Shown here: positions 29,970-43,619 of the stretch, in pieces
How positions within the stretch are numbered: the stretch's first letter is position 1
Layout: each line of letters opens with the position of its first letter
Assembly: GCF_009914755.1 (NCBI RefSeq)
Contig: NC_060929.1
Source: the human T2T-CHM13v2.0 reference genome, Homo sapiens
Strand: one strand, 5' to 3'
DNA length: 64,000 nt
The notes under the pieces: model-generated
What the model saw: the letters and a program-made list of their open reading frames with translations, nothing else
Databases searched by the model: none
Told to the model about the DNA's origin: nothing
Translations under genes and position numbers: made by a program

Positions 29970-30963
29970 TAGAATGCCCCCTACTGAAATTTGGTTGGTA
30001 TTTTTCTCATAGTTTTACTGGGGTGATGGGATTTTCTGGGAAGAGGACCACAGAGATAAAGTGCCATTTGCATCATATCATATTAGTATATACTATCAAC
30101 ATGAAGTGTTGGTTAGATTTCTGTACTATACAGTTATGCTTTTTCACACTTTCCCTACTGTGTTCCTTGGAAGGAAGGTCACTATAGTCCATGCTTAAGG
30201 AGTAGGAAGTTTTGCTCCCACCCCTTGAGGATGGAATATCTACATAGGCTATTTGGAATTCTTCTGCATGGGGGATTTGTTTCTTCTCCCTCAAATCTTT
30301 ATTCAGCCATTTATTTATGTAAGTATGAACTCATTAATTTTTATTTTATACTTTGGATCATAATCCAGTACTGTATGAATCTCCTGGTTTGTTTAACCAT
30401 TCACCTATTGAAGGACATCTTGGTTGCTTCCATTTATTGACAATTATGAAGAAAGCTGTCCTAAACATCCGTGTGTAGGCATTTGTGTGGGCATAAGTTT
30501 TCAAGACAGTTGGAAAAACCTCAGCATTGTGACTATATTTGGCTTTGGAAGAAAATGACAAACTGTTTTCTCAAGTGACTGTACCATTCTGCATTCCCAC
30601 TAGCAAGGAATAAGAGTTCCTGTTGTCCTGAATCCTTGCCAGCACTTGGTATTGTTATCTTTTACAGTATTACCCATTCTAATAGATATACAGTGGTATA
30701 TCATTGCCATTTTAATATCTTCAAATTTTTATGCTCTTCCTCAGGATATGAAAATTCTGCCTTATTTTTATATGTTTACACCCTTAAAAGCCAATTTCAA
30801 TGTCATTTACTCCATAAAGTATCTCTCCAACATTTCCCTTCCTAACAAGATGAACTTCTACCTTCACTAAATTTAACATTCAACATTACCTTGATATTTG
30901 AAAGTGACTATGAGATCTTCAAGAACCATGTTATCATTTTCCGCATAAAATTCAACATTCTAA

Positions 30964-31710
30964 AATGAGATACCATCTCACACCAGTTAGAATGGCAATC
31001 ATTAAAAAGTCAGGAAACAACAGGTGCTGGAGAGGATGTGGAGAAATAGGAACACTTTTACACTGTTGGTGAGACTGTAAACTAGTTCAACCATTGTGGG
31101 AAGTCAGTGTGGCGATTCCTCAGGGATCTGGAACTAGAAATACCATTTGACCCAGCCATCCCATTACTGGGTATATACCCAAAGGACTATAAATCATGCT
31201 GCTATAAAGACACATGCACACATATGTTTATTGCGGCATTATTCACAATAGCAAAGACTTGGAACCAACCCAAATGTCCAACAATGATAGACTGGATTAA
31301 GAAAATGTGGCACATATACGCCATGGAATACTATGCAGCCATAAAAAATGATGAGTTCATGTCCTTTGTAGGGACATGGATGAAATTGGAAACCATCATT
31401 CTCAGTAAACCATCGCAAGAACAAAAAACCAAACACCGCCTATTCTCACTCATAGGTGGGAATTGAACAATGAGAACACATGGACACAGGAAGGGGAATA
31501 TCACACTCTGGGGACTGTTGTGGGGTGGGGGGAGGGATAGCATTGGGAGATATACCTAATGCTAGATGACGAGTTAGGGGGTGCAGCGCACCAGCATGGC
31601 ACATGTATACATACGTAACTAACCTGCACATTGTGCACATGTACCCTAAAACTTAAAGTATAATTATAATAAATTAAAAATAAAAATAAAAATAAAAAAA
31701 TAAAAAAAAA
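30964..31710 (+). mobile_element. 5'-truncated young L1 (L1PA2-like)
   Basis: Near-consensus ORF2 C-terminus ([28 protein letters not shown]...LIGGN). 3' UTR has gctagatgacGAGttag (not the L1HS ACA/ACG). Patterned poly-A. Probable short TSD AAAATG. Confidence 0.95.
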
Positions 31711-33139
31711 TGTGTCAACACTTTAGATGCTTACTGATAACTACCATGTAGATGGCAGTGAATAGGAAGCAATAAGGACACCTTGAAGCAGAGGTATTGG
31801 GAAGGCAACTTAGTTCATTTACCAATGCTGCAATTCATTGCACGTACTAGTCTTACCCTACAGGGGATTCAATCATCTCCTCAAGTTCTATACTGCCATG
31901 GGCCACTGCAGGAACTTTTGAATTGTTGAAATTATGAATATTAAATCCATGAATGCAAAGAGTCTGCAGAACATTACCCAGGGCATACTTTTTTTTTTTC
32001 ATCATAGTGATTTTTGCTCATGTCTTATTTCATTTTTAGACTGTAGAGACTTGAGGATAGAATATTTCTCTAATTTTATATTCAGTAAATATTTACAAAT
32101 AAATATAAGTAGTACGATAGAGTTTTAAAAGGAAAGAAATATTCTTTCTTACAACAGAATTAGCTGGACTTTAACTGATTCCTTGAGATTTTAAAAAAGC
32201 CTCTGAAAGATAGTAACATAACACTAAAATAGACCATAAATTTAGTCATCTTATAGAGAAAGCAGCCCCTGTATTAATATCAAAGCCCTTGGGAGAGACA
32301 TGTGTTTCCTTTGTTCCCATAAAGGCCATGGCTAGGGAGTGAGTGATGGTGCTGAAGTGATCAGCTTGCTCATTGCCATGGCAATGTAGCCACTCCTGCT
32401 GCGGTCAGCAAGTTCCCAGCTCTGCCTCTGCAGATTGAAGCCACCCACCTGATTTTTCTCTGTTTTTCCTACCTGACATGGTGCCTTTTATTGAACACAA
32501 GTCAAGGTTGGGAAATTTTGTCTCTGCCAGTGGGCTCATCAGGTGCCAGAGTACAGGTAAGCATAAAAGGATGGCTGGGGAAAGAGAAGCTGATAACCTC
32601 AGAGAATTGCTGTAGGTTATCTCTGACACTCAGCTAGGGATCCTCTGTCTCTTTTTTTACAAAGAGCAAAAGCAGTTTCAAGGAGACACTTCTCATGAAA
32701 ATCCTCCTCAGCCCTAAATACGTGGTTCTATGTTCTGAGTGTTTCCAGAAGACAAATCCAGAACACAGGTGACTCCACAGACCTAAGACAGTAAAGAAGG
32801 GTCTTAAGTCAGCAAAGTCAGTGTCCCTGCAGATTCCTAAAGTTTTGCCACATTCAGGGCTGATCTTGGTGAAGGAAAGGGGAATAAGCCTCTGGAGGCA
32901 TTTGAGGGAGTTGTATAAGTCATCCCCTAGTTATCAAAGAGAAAGCATTTCTTTTCCTATTCAATAGTATTTTTGAGCATCTACTCTATGGCAGCCCTGG
33001 AGATACAACATAAATTAAGACAGATGTGTCTTGTCCCTCACAAATTAAGTAGATCTTCAAATTCTAATTGTTAACTACTCCCTTGGGTTACATAATTTAT
33101 AAGTCATCTATAATTCATACATTTCTCGACATTAACACT

Positions 33140-33455
33140 ATTATCAGTAATTCTAATGACAAAATCTCTATATATTTAGAGTACTTTATGACTGTCACAA
33201 AATTCAGGATTTCCTAAATCAACCCTGGGAAATTTTCATCTCCATTTTGTAGTTGAGAAGACTGAGGCTCAGAGAGTGCCTGACTTGCCCAAGTCCAAAC
33301 AGTAGGCTTTCAAGATGTGGTCTGAAAACTACTAGCATTAGAATTTCCTGGGGAAGTAGTTTTTGAAAATGGACTTTTAGCAGCCGCCTCGCTTTCCACT
33401 GGATCAAGTCTATGGAGGTGGACTCAGGAAACTTCATTTTTCAGTGGTTCTAACT
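33140..33455. mobile_element. Antisense MIR followed by MER5-type (hAT-Charlie) element
   Basis: MIR core ctccattttgtagttgagaagactgaggctcagag. MER5-like tttcaagatgtggtctg...tagcattagaatt...caggaaacttcattttt. Confidence 0.65.
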
Positions 33456-33672
33456 GTCCACTCACTAACTACTGCCGTATACCTTAGTTCATTCGGGATT
33501 TTAACTCAGATCTTCTGAGCCTTTTACACTTTCCACCCTATCATGGTGACAGCATGACCTGGGAGAAATGCTGTCTCTTGGTAACCTGAAGCATATTTGA
33601 GACTTAGTGTATCTTTCTCAGTACTTTCCTAGCTAAATGCTTCCTTGGAAAGGAAGCCTTCAGAATGCTGAT

Positions 33673-33708
<36 letters not shown>

Positions 33709-34076
33709 ATCAACCATCCTTCACCCATAAAGGCTGACCCCTTAAAGCACAGCACTGCTGTGAAGTGCTCGGATCACCATGAGCCTCTTGTTTTTTTGTT
33801 GGTGGCAGCATTTTGTCCCTGGAGTTTTCTGTTTTGACAGTTCATCAGAGCCCTGGAAGGTGGCAGGAACCTCACTATTCAATTAAACCTTAAGTGTCAC
33901 CAGGGCATGCAGAGGAGAAGGAGGAACCTACGTAGAGGCAGATGAAATAAACGAGGTTTAGCAAGCTGAGTAGCCATTTTTCAAAAGTCAAGAGCTTCCC
34001 AAGATTTCAAACATAGTACCTAGATGCAGTGGGATACACTCTATTCTCAAGGCTCGGTTTGCTTGGCTTACATGTA

Positions 34077-34225
34077 CAGATGGTCTCCAACTTAAGATGT
34101 TTTGTCTTACGATTTTTTGACTTTAGGGATTCGTTGGAATATTAAATGCATTTTTGACTTATGATATTTTCCACTTATGATGGGTTTATCAGGATGTAGC
34201 CCCATCATAAGTTGAGGAGCATCTG
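34077..34225. mobile_element. MER47-like (Tigger5-derived) MITE, 149 bp
   Basis: 23-bp terminal inverted repeats (cagatggtctccaacttaagatg / catcataagttgaggagcatctg, 4 mismatches) flanked by TA on both sides. Confidence 0.85.
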
Positions 34226-34458
34226 TATTGTTCTTTATAAATTATTAAGTATTCCACAAAATAATGATCAATTTAACAAATATTAAATACCTATTATGCT
34301 ATGGGCATAAAGATTATAACTGCAATGCTACCCTAGTAATAAAGCACTGAGCAGGTACTACAGACTTTTAAAAAGTAATTTAAAGAGCAATGTGCATTTC
34401 CATGGAGACATTAAGAAGGGTATTCTGACACCATGTAGCAAGGTAAGTTAACATCACT

Positions 34459-34648
34459 CAGAGCTTCTCAAAGTGCAGTCTGAGAGCTACCTGGTCAGAA
34501 ACCCCAAAGGATATTTGTTGGTAAAAATGCACAATGACTGGATCTACCCATAGACACTCTGGGGATGGGACTTAGGAAACTATTTTTTAAACAAACAGAA
34601 AGAACTCCTTATGTCATTCTTTTGCACACACAAGCTGAGAATCACTGA
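34459..34648. mobile_element. MER5A/B-type DNA transposon
   Basis: cagagcttctcaaagtg ... taaaaatgcac ... gctgagaatcactg termini. Confidence 0.7.
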
Positions 34649-34699
34649 GTAGGGAGTATTGGAAGACGCCAGGAAGTTGTCAAGGAAGACCTTTGTGAA

Positions 34700-36320
34700 G
34701 AAATGGTATGGGTGCAAAATGAAGTTTGAAGATTAAGGTTTAAACTAATGGGATTTGGGCAAAAGCTTCCCAGAAGGAAGTGACAGCATTCATGAAGATG
34801 CAACATGATTGGAAAGGAGGCAAAAAGTCCTCTGTGGCTGGAGAATAAGGAGAAATATGGAAAGAGGCAGAGATAAGGCCAAGAATCCAGATGCAGGGCT
34901 ATGTCAGTATTGCAAAGGATTGGATTTTATTTTAACCCCCTGAAGGGTTTTAGGTGAAGATGGAGCATAGGTAAATTCCTATTTTAAAACAAAAAGCATG
35001 AAGAGCTTTTGGGATCTCCAGAGAGGATATTGGGGTACGAGGAGGAGGTTGTGGCAATAATTTGATGAGAAATAATGCTACCTTGGATTAGATCAGAGGC
35101 CATGAGAATGGAGAGAAATGATTGGATTTAAGAAGTATCAAGGAGGTAAAAATCAAGGTAATTCAGGGTTCCTGTAGATACAAATTGCCACCATGAGCAT
35201 GTAGACTCTCTCTTGAACTTTAAGTACAGCAGTGGAGAGGATCTGTTGCTGCAGTGATGAGAACATGTTCTTTTCAAGGGACCTCCTGCCAACTCTCTCC
35301 CTTGTGGCCAAGGACATGCTTTGGTTTGGATAAGAAAATGCTGACTGGGGTAAAATTCTCAGTTCAAGGGGTCAGAAGACCTTCAGTTTGTTTCAGGTTC
35401 TGGCTTTAATCTCTTAGGCCCTGGCAGGATGGCTAACAGCAGGCTGATTCACTGTTACATGACAGCGGATGAGTACACTTGAGAAAGCTATGATCCCTGC
35501 CCTCATAGGACTCACTCTTTGAAATATGGGTATGTGAATGTGATACATACAAGGGAAAAAGTAGAAGAACGCAGTGACTATTTAGATATTAACAGTGAAG
35601 GTAAGGAGAAAAGTCTAGAAGGATTCACATGAACTAGTTTGGATACCTGGATGTTGGGAGCAGGCCCCCCCAAAACTGGCCATAAACGAAATCTCTGCAG
35701 CACTGTAACATGTTCATAATGGCCCTAACGCCCACGCTGGAAGGTTGTGGGTTTACAGGAATGAGGGCAAGGAATACCTGGCCTGCCCAGGGCAGAAAAC
35801 CGCTTAAAGGTATTCTTAAGCCACAAACAATAGCATGAGTGATCTGTGCCTTAAGGACATGCTCCTGCTGCAGTTAACTAGCCCAACCTATTCCTTTAAT
35901 TTGGCCCATCCCTTGGTTTCCCATAAGGGATACATTTAGTTAATTTAATATCTATAGAAGAATGCTAATGACTCGTTTGCTGTTAATAAATATGTGGGTA
36001 AATCTGTGTTCAGGGCTCTCAGCTCTGAAGGCTGTGAGACCCCTGATTTCCCACTTCACACCTCTATATTTCTCTGTGTGTGTCTTTAATTCCTCTAGTG
36101 CCGCTGGGTTAGGGTCTCCCTGACTGAGCTGGTCTTGGCACCTGGATGTATGGGGTTACTATTAACTTAGGTAAAGAAATCTACAGAAGAAAATGAGGCC
36201 TTACAAATAAGGCAAGTTCAATTTGGGGCATCTAAACTACAATGCAAGACATGCAAATGAGAATGTTTAGTGGGTGATGGGCTACAGAATTTCACGATTT
36301 TGAAAAGAGGTCTAAGTCAG
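34700..36320 (-). mobile_element. Antisense L2 fragments (interrupted by MER9 LTR)
   Basis: Purine-rich L2 antisense text (tgtggctggagaataagg, gagaatggagagaaatgattggattt, aagttcaatttggggcat). Confidence 0.55.
35652..36140 (+). mobile_element. MER9a-like solo LTR (HERV-K9/HML-3)
   Basis: tgttgggagcaggccccccc...gagctggtcttggca with internal AATAAA. Perfect 6-bp TSD CCTGGA at 35646-35651 and 36141-36146. Confidence 0.92.
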
Positions 36321-37003
36321 AGGCATCGCATGTCATTTCGAAAACTACCTTAAAACTTTTAAACAAATGAATGGCATATGAATAAATAAAATTCAACTAA
36401 CAAAAGCTGTTGTTTATAGCAAAGTGCCAGTCTCATTTCTAAGTGCTTTGATTTATTTAATCTTCATGCCAATTCTATGGACTAGATACTCCTATGATTC
36501 CCATTTCAAAGATGAGGCACAGAAAGTTTGAGCATCTCATCCAAGGTTACACAGGCAGCAAATAGTAGGGATAATAGCATTGCAACCCTTACAGTCTGGA
36601 TCTATTGCCTTTGCTTTCAAAATGAGTTTCTTCTGCCTGTCACAAACACAGTCAATGCCATAGCTGTCAGGACATCCTCCATCAGATTTCCCCTCTCCCT
36701 CACTCTAGAGCTTCTAAATGTCTTGACCAGAGATCTTGCTTTATTGGTCTTTTATTTATTATTTAATAAGTAAAGACACTGAGGGACTGAGGGGTAAAAT
36801 TACTTCCATATAGTCACATTGTTGGGGAGTGGGTGAGCTGGTATTTGAACTCTGCTATTTCCTGGACTTATAAATTTAACTTCTACATATACTCATTACA
36901 CAAAACCATAATTTTTAGTGCAACTTTTTGATTACTACCAGGGTAAAAAGGAAGAATGGCCATTGGTCTGGGAATTAGGTAAAGTGAATTACAGTCTAGG
37001 AAA

Positions 37004-38785
37004 TTTTTATTTTTTTAAGTTCTGGGATACAAGTGCAGAATGTGTAGGTTTGTTACATAGGTATACAGTATTATGGTGGCTTGCTGCACTTATCAACCCA
37101 TCATCTAGGTTTTAAGCCCCACATGCATTAGCTATTTGTCCTAATGCTCTCCCTCATCTCATTCCCCACTCCCTGACTGGCCCCTGTGTGTGTTGTTCCC
37201 CTCCCTGTGTCCATGTGTTCTCATCGTTCAACTCCCATTTATGAGTGAGAACATGCAGTGTTTGGTTTTTGTTCCTGTGTTAGTTTGCTGAGGATTATGG
37301 CTTCCAGCTTCATCCATGTGCCTGCAAAGGACATGATCTCATTCTTCTTTATGGCTGCATAGTATTCCATGGTGTATATATACCATATTTTCTTTATTTA
37401 GTCTATCAATCAGTGATGGGCATTTGGGTTGGTTCCATGTCTTGGCCACTGTAATTAGTGCTGCAATAAACATACATGTTCATGTATCTTTACAGTAGAA
37501 TGATTTATATTCCTTTGGGTTTATATCCAGTAATGTGATTGCTGGGTCAAATGGTATTTCTAGTTAGAGATCCTTGAGGAATCACCACACTGTCTTCCAC
37601 AGTGTTTGAACTAATTTACATTCCTACCAACAGTGTAAAAGTGTTTGTTTCTCCACAGCCTCATTAGCATCTATTGTTTCTTGACTTTTTAATAATCATC
37701 ATTTTAACTGCTGTGAGATAGCATCTCACTGTGGTTTTGATTTGCATTTCTCTAATGATCAGTGATGTTGAGCTTTTTTTTTTTTTTTGTATGTTTGTTG
37801 GCCGCATAAATGTCTTCTTTTGAGAAGTGTCTTTGACCACTTTTTTGATGGGGTTGCTTGATTCTTGTAAATTTGTTTAAGTTCCTCATAGATTTTCCCA
37901 CTTTTTGATGGGGTTGCTTGATTCTTGTAAATTTGTTTAAGTTCCTCATAGATTCTGGATATTAGACCTTTGTCAGATGGATAGATTGCACCCATTCTGT
38001 GGGTTGGCTTTTCACTCCGATGATAGTTTCTTTTGCTGTGCAGAAGCTCTTTAATTAGATCCCATTTATCAATTTTGGCTTTTGTTGCAATTGCTTTTGG
38101 CATTTTCATCATGAAGTCTTTGCCCATCCCTATGTCCTGAGTGGTACTGCACCTGGATTTTCTTGCAGGGCTTTTATGGTTTTGGGTTTTACATTCAAGT
38201 CTTTAATCTATCTTGAGTTAATTTTTGTATAAGGTGTAAGGGTAAGGAAGGGGTCCAGTTTCAGTTTTCTGCATATGGCTAGCCAGTTTTCCCAGCACCA
38301 TTTATTAAATATGGAATCCTTTCCCCATTGCATGTATTTTTGTTTTTCCAGGTTTTTTGAAGATCAGATGGTTGTAGATGTGTTGTGTTATTTTTGAGGC
38401 CTCTGTTCTGTTCCATTGGCCTATATGTCTGTTTTGCTACCAGTAGTTTGGTACCAGTAGCTGTTTTGGCCACTGTAGTCTTGTAGTAAAGTTTGAAGTC
38501 AGGTAGTTTGATGCCTCCAGCTTTGTTCTTTTTGCTTAGGATTATCTTGGCTATATGGGCTCTTTTTGGTCCCATGTGAAATTTAAAGTAGTTTTTTTCT
38601 AACTCTGTGAAGAATGTCAATGGTAGTTTGATGGGAATAGCATTGAATCTATAAATTACTTTGGGCAGTATGGCCATTTTTATGATATTGATTCTTCTTA
38701 TCCATGAGCATGGAATGTTTTTCCATTTGTTTGTGTCATCTCTTATTTCTTTGAGCAGTGGTTTGTAGTTCTTGAGGAGGTCCTT
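37004..38785 (-). mobile_element. 5'-truncated L1PA (L1PA8-10-like), ~1.8 kb
   Basis: Minus-strand ORF2 remnants ([19 protein letters not shown]; [26 protein letters not shown]), frameshifted. TSD AGTCTAGGAA(A)TTTT at 36993-37007 and 38786-38799. Confidence 0.93.
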
Positions 38786-38999
38786 AGTCTAGGAATTTTG
38801 ATTAAATATGTGATGTTAGATATATAACATTTGGTCCTTCTTAAGTAAAAGCTTAAAGATAAGATTAAGACTTAGATTAGACAGCCTATCAAGCTTTAGG
38901 ACTTTTATGATTTTTAAATAAATTATTATAGAAAGAGGAAAAACATTGGGCCACTACAGAAAGCATCAGAACTAGCTTTAAAATACCACATTATTGTTG

Positions 39000-39210
39000 T
39001 TAAGTAGAGACTTCTTTAAATGTAATATCCCACTTGACCCTCCCCACCAGCGTATGAGGTGGTATTATTATTAATCATCCCTGCCCCCATCTTTTTACAG
39101 AAAAGGGAGCTTACCCTTAAGTAAATAAGCTTCTCAAGGACACACACAGGTAGTGAAGGACAGAGACATTTCAAATCCAGGTTTATCTAATGCCCAACTC
39201 TTAAACAATA
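39000..39210 (-). mobile_element. MIR
   Basis: gtatgaggtggtattattatt...ttttacagaaaaggga...caaggacacacacaggtagt...tttcaaatccagg. Confidence 0.7.
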
Positions 39211-40289
39211 TGTGTCATTTCTTGTTGATTTATTGTAGAAGTGATTCCATTAAAATTGGGGCTTGATCAAGACACAGTTGGCTCAGGTAAATTTACCCTA
39301 GCAAACTGTTTGCATAAGACCAGTGAGTGAGGTATGCCACAAAATGAAAGCACTTCTTCCTTAGTGAGAACAGGGTTATTCATGCCTCTTCATCTGCTCT
39401 AAGTTCTCCAGCTTGCTCCTGATTATGCTGAAAAACACTGCAGTAGGCTCTACTACATTGACTGTGTGTTATGGAGAAGTACAAAACTGACTGTTTCGAC
39501 TGTGATTTGGGCCTTGGAATAAAAATAGGTGCTAGGAAACATGTAATAGTGTGTTGGATAGAGAGTTAAGTTTACACAAATATACCTCTTCATATGGACT
39601 CACAGCAAGGTCTTCTGCCTGCTTCTTCACTAGATTTATTTTTAGTTTTGGCATTTTGAATTCTTACATTTAAAAATGATCTTACATATTCTCTGGATTT
39701 TAGCATATGTCTGGGAGAATCTTTAGTTGAACAATAAACAGAATGAACAAATGAAAGGTTGGGAAAAGAGAAAACAAGGCAGGACTGGTACTATGGATGA
39801 AATAAGTGATAGTATAATTTCTGGTTGCTTGAAGGCTTTTCTTCCCCTGATTGTATAGCTTTAATTGCCTCAATTAGTGAGTCATTTGGTCCTTGGGGTA
39901 CTTCCTCTTTGAAAATGAAAATGACTATTAAAGTCCAGAAATGGCCATTCATGACTTAGTATCAATTAGTTTATGCAATTTGCTTCCTAATTTTTAGACT
40001 ACTTCCTGAATTAGAAGAGCCTAAAAAATCACCTCATATAATCTCTCACATCAGTGAAGTCACTGAGGGCTAGGAGAGCACAGTAGTTTGATAAAAAATT
40101 CACAGGTTTTTTTATAATCAGCCTTATAACCCAAGCAGGAAGACTATCAGTGCACTGCTCTTTTCATCAATATTGTGCTGACGCAGATGTGAAAGTACAT
40201 GAAAGTTGTGTTATCAAATGGTGTTATTGGCACAACATAATCTATAGTTAAGAGTGACATGGAGACAATACTTTTCAAAAATATTTAAC

Positions 40290-40535
40290 AACATCAAACT
40301 ACCGATTGAAGAGCTCAGAGAACACCAAACAGAATAAATACTGAAACAAACATACATACATGCCTGGACACATCATATTCAAATTGCTATAAGCTAAAGA
40401 GAAAATTTTGAAGGCAGACAGAAAAAAAGAGAACTTCTATAAAGAACAGCAAAAATAAGAAGCAGAATATACTTCTCATGAGAAACTATGCAAATCGGAA
40501 GACAAGGGAGTGACATCTTTAATGTGCTGAAATAA
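40290..40535 (+). mobile_element. Old L1M ORF1 fragment
   Basis: agctcagagaacaccaaacagaataaata...cacatcatattcaaattgct...gagtgacatctttaatgtgctgaaa. Confidence 0.7.
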
Positions 40536-40603
40536 GGTGAAGTGAAATACAGCACCATTTGGATTGACAATCAATGTTCATTCAACAAAGAATGGTAGAT
40601 TGG

Positions 40604-40994
<391 letters not shown>

Positions 40995-42171
40995 TTAATA
41001 TCTAACAAGTAAAATAGCAATATAAAATAGTAATTATAATCACCAACATATTTTGTATAGTTACTATGTAGTAGGAAAATGTTTTCAAATGTGCTCTCCC
41101 ATATGGTTAAATGTTACCAACTATAAAATTTTAACCATTGTTAAAATTTAGCGGAGTGGTTCTTCTCTGATGAATAGAGAATCCAGAAAGTTTCCTGAAG
41201 ATCATGGCAAAAAAATATATTTTTTGTTTGGGTCTTATTCCAGGAACTAGAGAGCAAGTATGGGCCTAAGTTAAAAAAATAATAATAAATAAAATAAACC
41301 TTCTCCATGTCCAGCAATGATATAGTTATATTGAAATGCAACATAGGTAAGCCTCAGTAATATGTATGGCTTCTTTCACTTCTTGTAGTCTTTGCTACTT
41401 TTTAACTTTACTCAAATTATTAAAAATAATCATTTAAAACACTTATGTATGTGTAGCCATGGTCACTAGGTGAGACAATCACTGTTTCTCATGATTTTCA
41501 AGGCCATATGTCTTAAGTGCATAAAAACCCAGACTTCAAATCTTCAGCTCTGTTTTACTGGGCTATTACAAGAACCGTTTCCCAGGGGTCATTGCCTTCC
41601 TCTTGACAATATAGTCTATCTTTATGAAGGCCAAACACGTGTCTTTTTAAAAACTAAGTGCTTACAATATTCCAGGAACTGCACTTACCACGTTATAAAC
41701 ATTTTCTCATCTAAGCATTATGCATTCCTATAAAGGCGACACTGGCTCTTCTATTTTAAGGATGAGGAAACTGAGGCTAAATGAATTTCTCAAAGGTATA
41801 GAGAGTCCACAGCATTATAACAAAGAATGTAAAAACCTGAGTCTGAAGCCTATGCACTTAACCAGAGCATTATATTGTTCTAAAACACTGACCTACCCAA
41901 TACTGAACTCTATAGCAGTGTGTGGGGCACTAGTACTCACCCTATTTTCTTGAGATGGTAGCCCACAGCCAGAATCTAATGGCACTCATAGGACTGTAAT
42001 CTAGTTTAAATAACGCAAGTTTATGTATTAAAACTCCTTTTGAGAGCCCTTAATCACTCAACAAATAGTTAATAAGTTTGCACCTGACATTACTTAGCTT
42101 TATGATATAGTAATTTTATTGCTAGTGCAGCTCAAGAGTTTCTAGCCATATATCCCAGTCGGTTTCATTTC

Positions 42172-42362
42172 ATCTGTGTTTTTCAAATTGTAGTCCAGGT
42201 AACACATTTGTTAAAACCACCATGGCACTGAGCAAAACTGCAGACTCTAGGACCTGATCCAGACCTCCTAAATCAGATTTACTAGGGAGAAGGTAGAGGA
42301 ATCTGCATTTCTAAGATGTTCCCTAGATAAATCTTGCCTATACTCAAGTTTGAGAACCACTG
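42172..42362. mobile_element. MER5-type DNA transposon
   Basis: tgtttttcaaattgtagtcc...aatctgcatttctaa...caagtttgagaaccactg. Confidence 0.75.
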
Positions 42363-43619
42363 TAATAAACTATAATCATTAGAAGATAAACCATTTGGGG
42401 AAACTTTTGGAGTTGTTAAAAAAGGGGGAGTGGGAGGGGGAAGAGAAATGGTCTAGAACACTGACATTAAATCTTAGTAGTTTTTTGACCCACCAAATGC
42501 TTCTTAGAACATATTCTTTCTAAACTATTAAGATTTTCTTCCACATTATCATGAGGTTAACTTTTATTTTCTTCCAACTGAATGCCCTAAATTTCCCATC
42601 TTGTTTCTAGTAAAACTCCTATCTGAATGACCCATTTTTGAAATAAATCAGATTTGTTTTTATGCTTAAGAATTTCTAAGATTCTACAACTGGCTTTACA
42701 TTATCATTTTTACAGCAGAGTTGCCACATGGTTCCAACTTAAAGCAGAAGAATAAAAATGCCTGCCATTCCCCTGCTCCCTATTCAAACACGTCTGTCTC
42801 AATTAACTTTTTACAGCCTGCTTTCTTTCTAGGTACTAACCTGAGAAGATTTACTGATCCCAACTAGCTACTGCTGACAATTTGGTTTTCTGTGTGAATG
42901 AGGAATTGCATCTCAGCAAGTAACTGGATTGTGTTTTGCAACAGAAAACATAAAATACTTAAGAAGCTAGGAAGCTGCATGTATCCAATATTTCTGTAAT
43001 TAACAACATTCCGTGCTGTGAATTCTTAAGTTTTGAGAAGGCCACATTCCTTATGTTCCAGATAATAATGGCACATTGTAGAGCTTTCCAGGAAAGAGAC
43101 CAGAAATAACCACTGAAATGCACAATTCTGAGCTTACTGGTCTCTCAGTGTATGTCATCTCTCAGATCCACAAAGCAACTTAGAATGCAACCAGCCCTTT
43201 CTATTTAAAGGTCACTTTACCCTGTAGGACATTCTAGCCATCTCTGGAATCATTATTGGTAATTTTGTAGAAGTACATAGTCATGTTGCCGTAAAAACTC
43301 TCTTCTATATATTAAAACCTAAACCTGAGATTGACACGGAAGACTACATCTCACTTTTGCTTCTCCACTTGCAATCATACCTACTATCCTTAGGACTGGA
43401 AATAGACTTATATCTAATAACAGTAGTTAGCTTTTTATTAATTTATTTTCATTTTTATATCATAAGAAATAAAATCAGAAAAACTTACTCCAGCTTTTTC
43501 CACCCAGAAAAATCACTTTCTCTTCTATATTTATTGAAACTTGAACAGTTTTTATCCCTAGTGGGTACACCTCTTGCTTCTTATTACCTGATTTTTAACA
43601 GATGTGGTATAACATTCAG

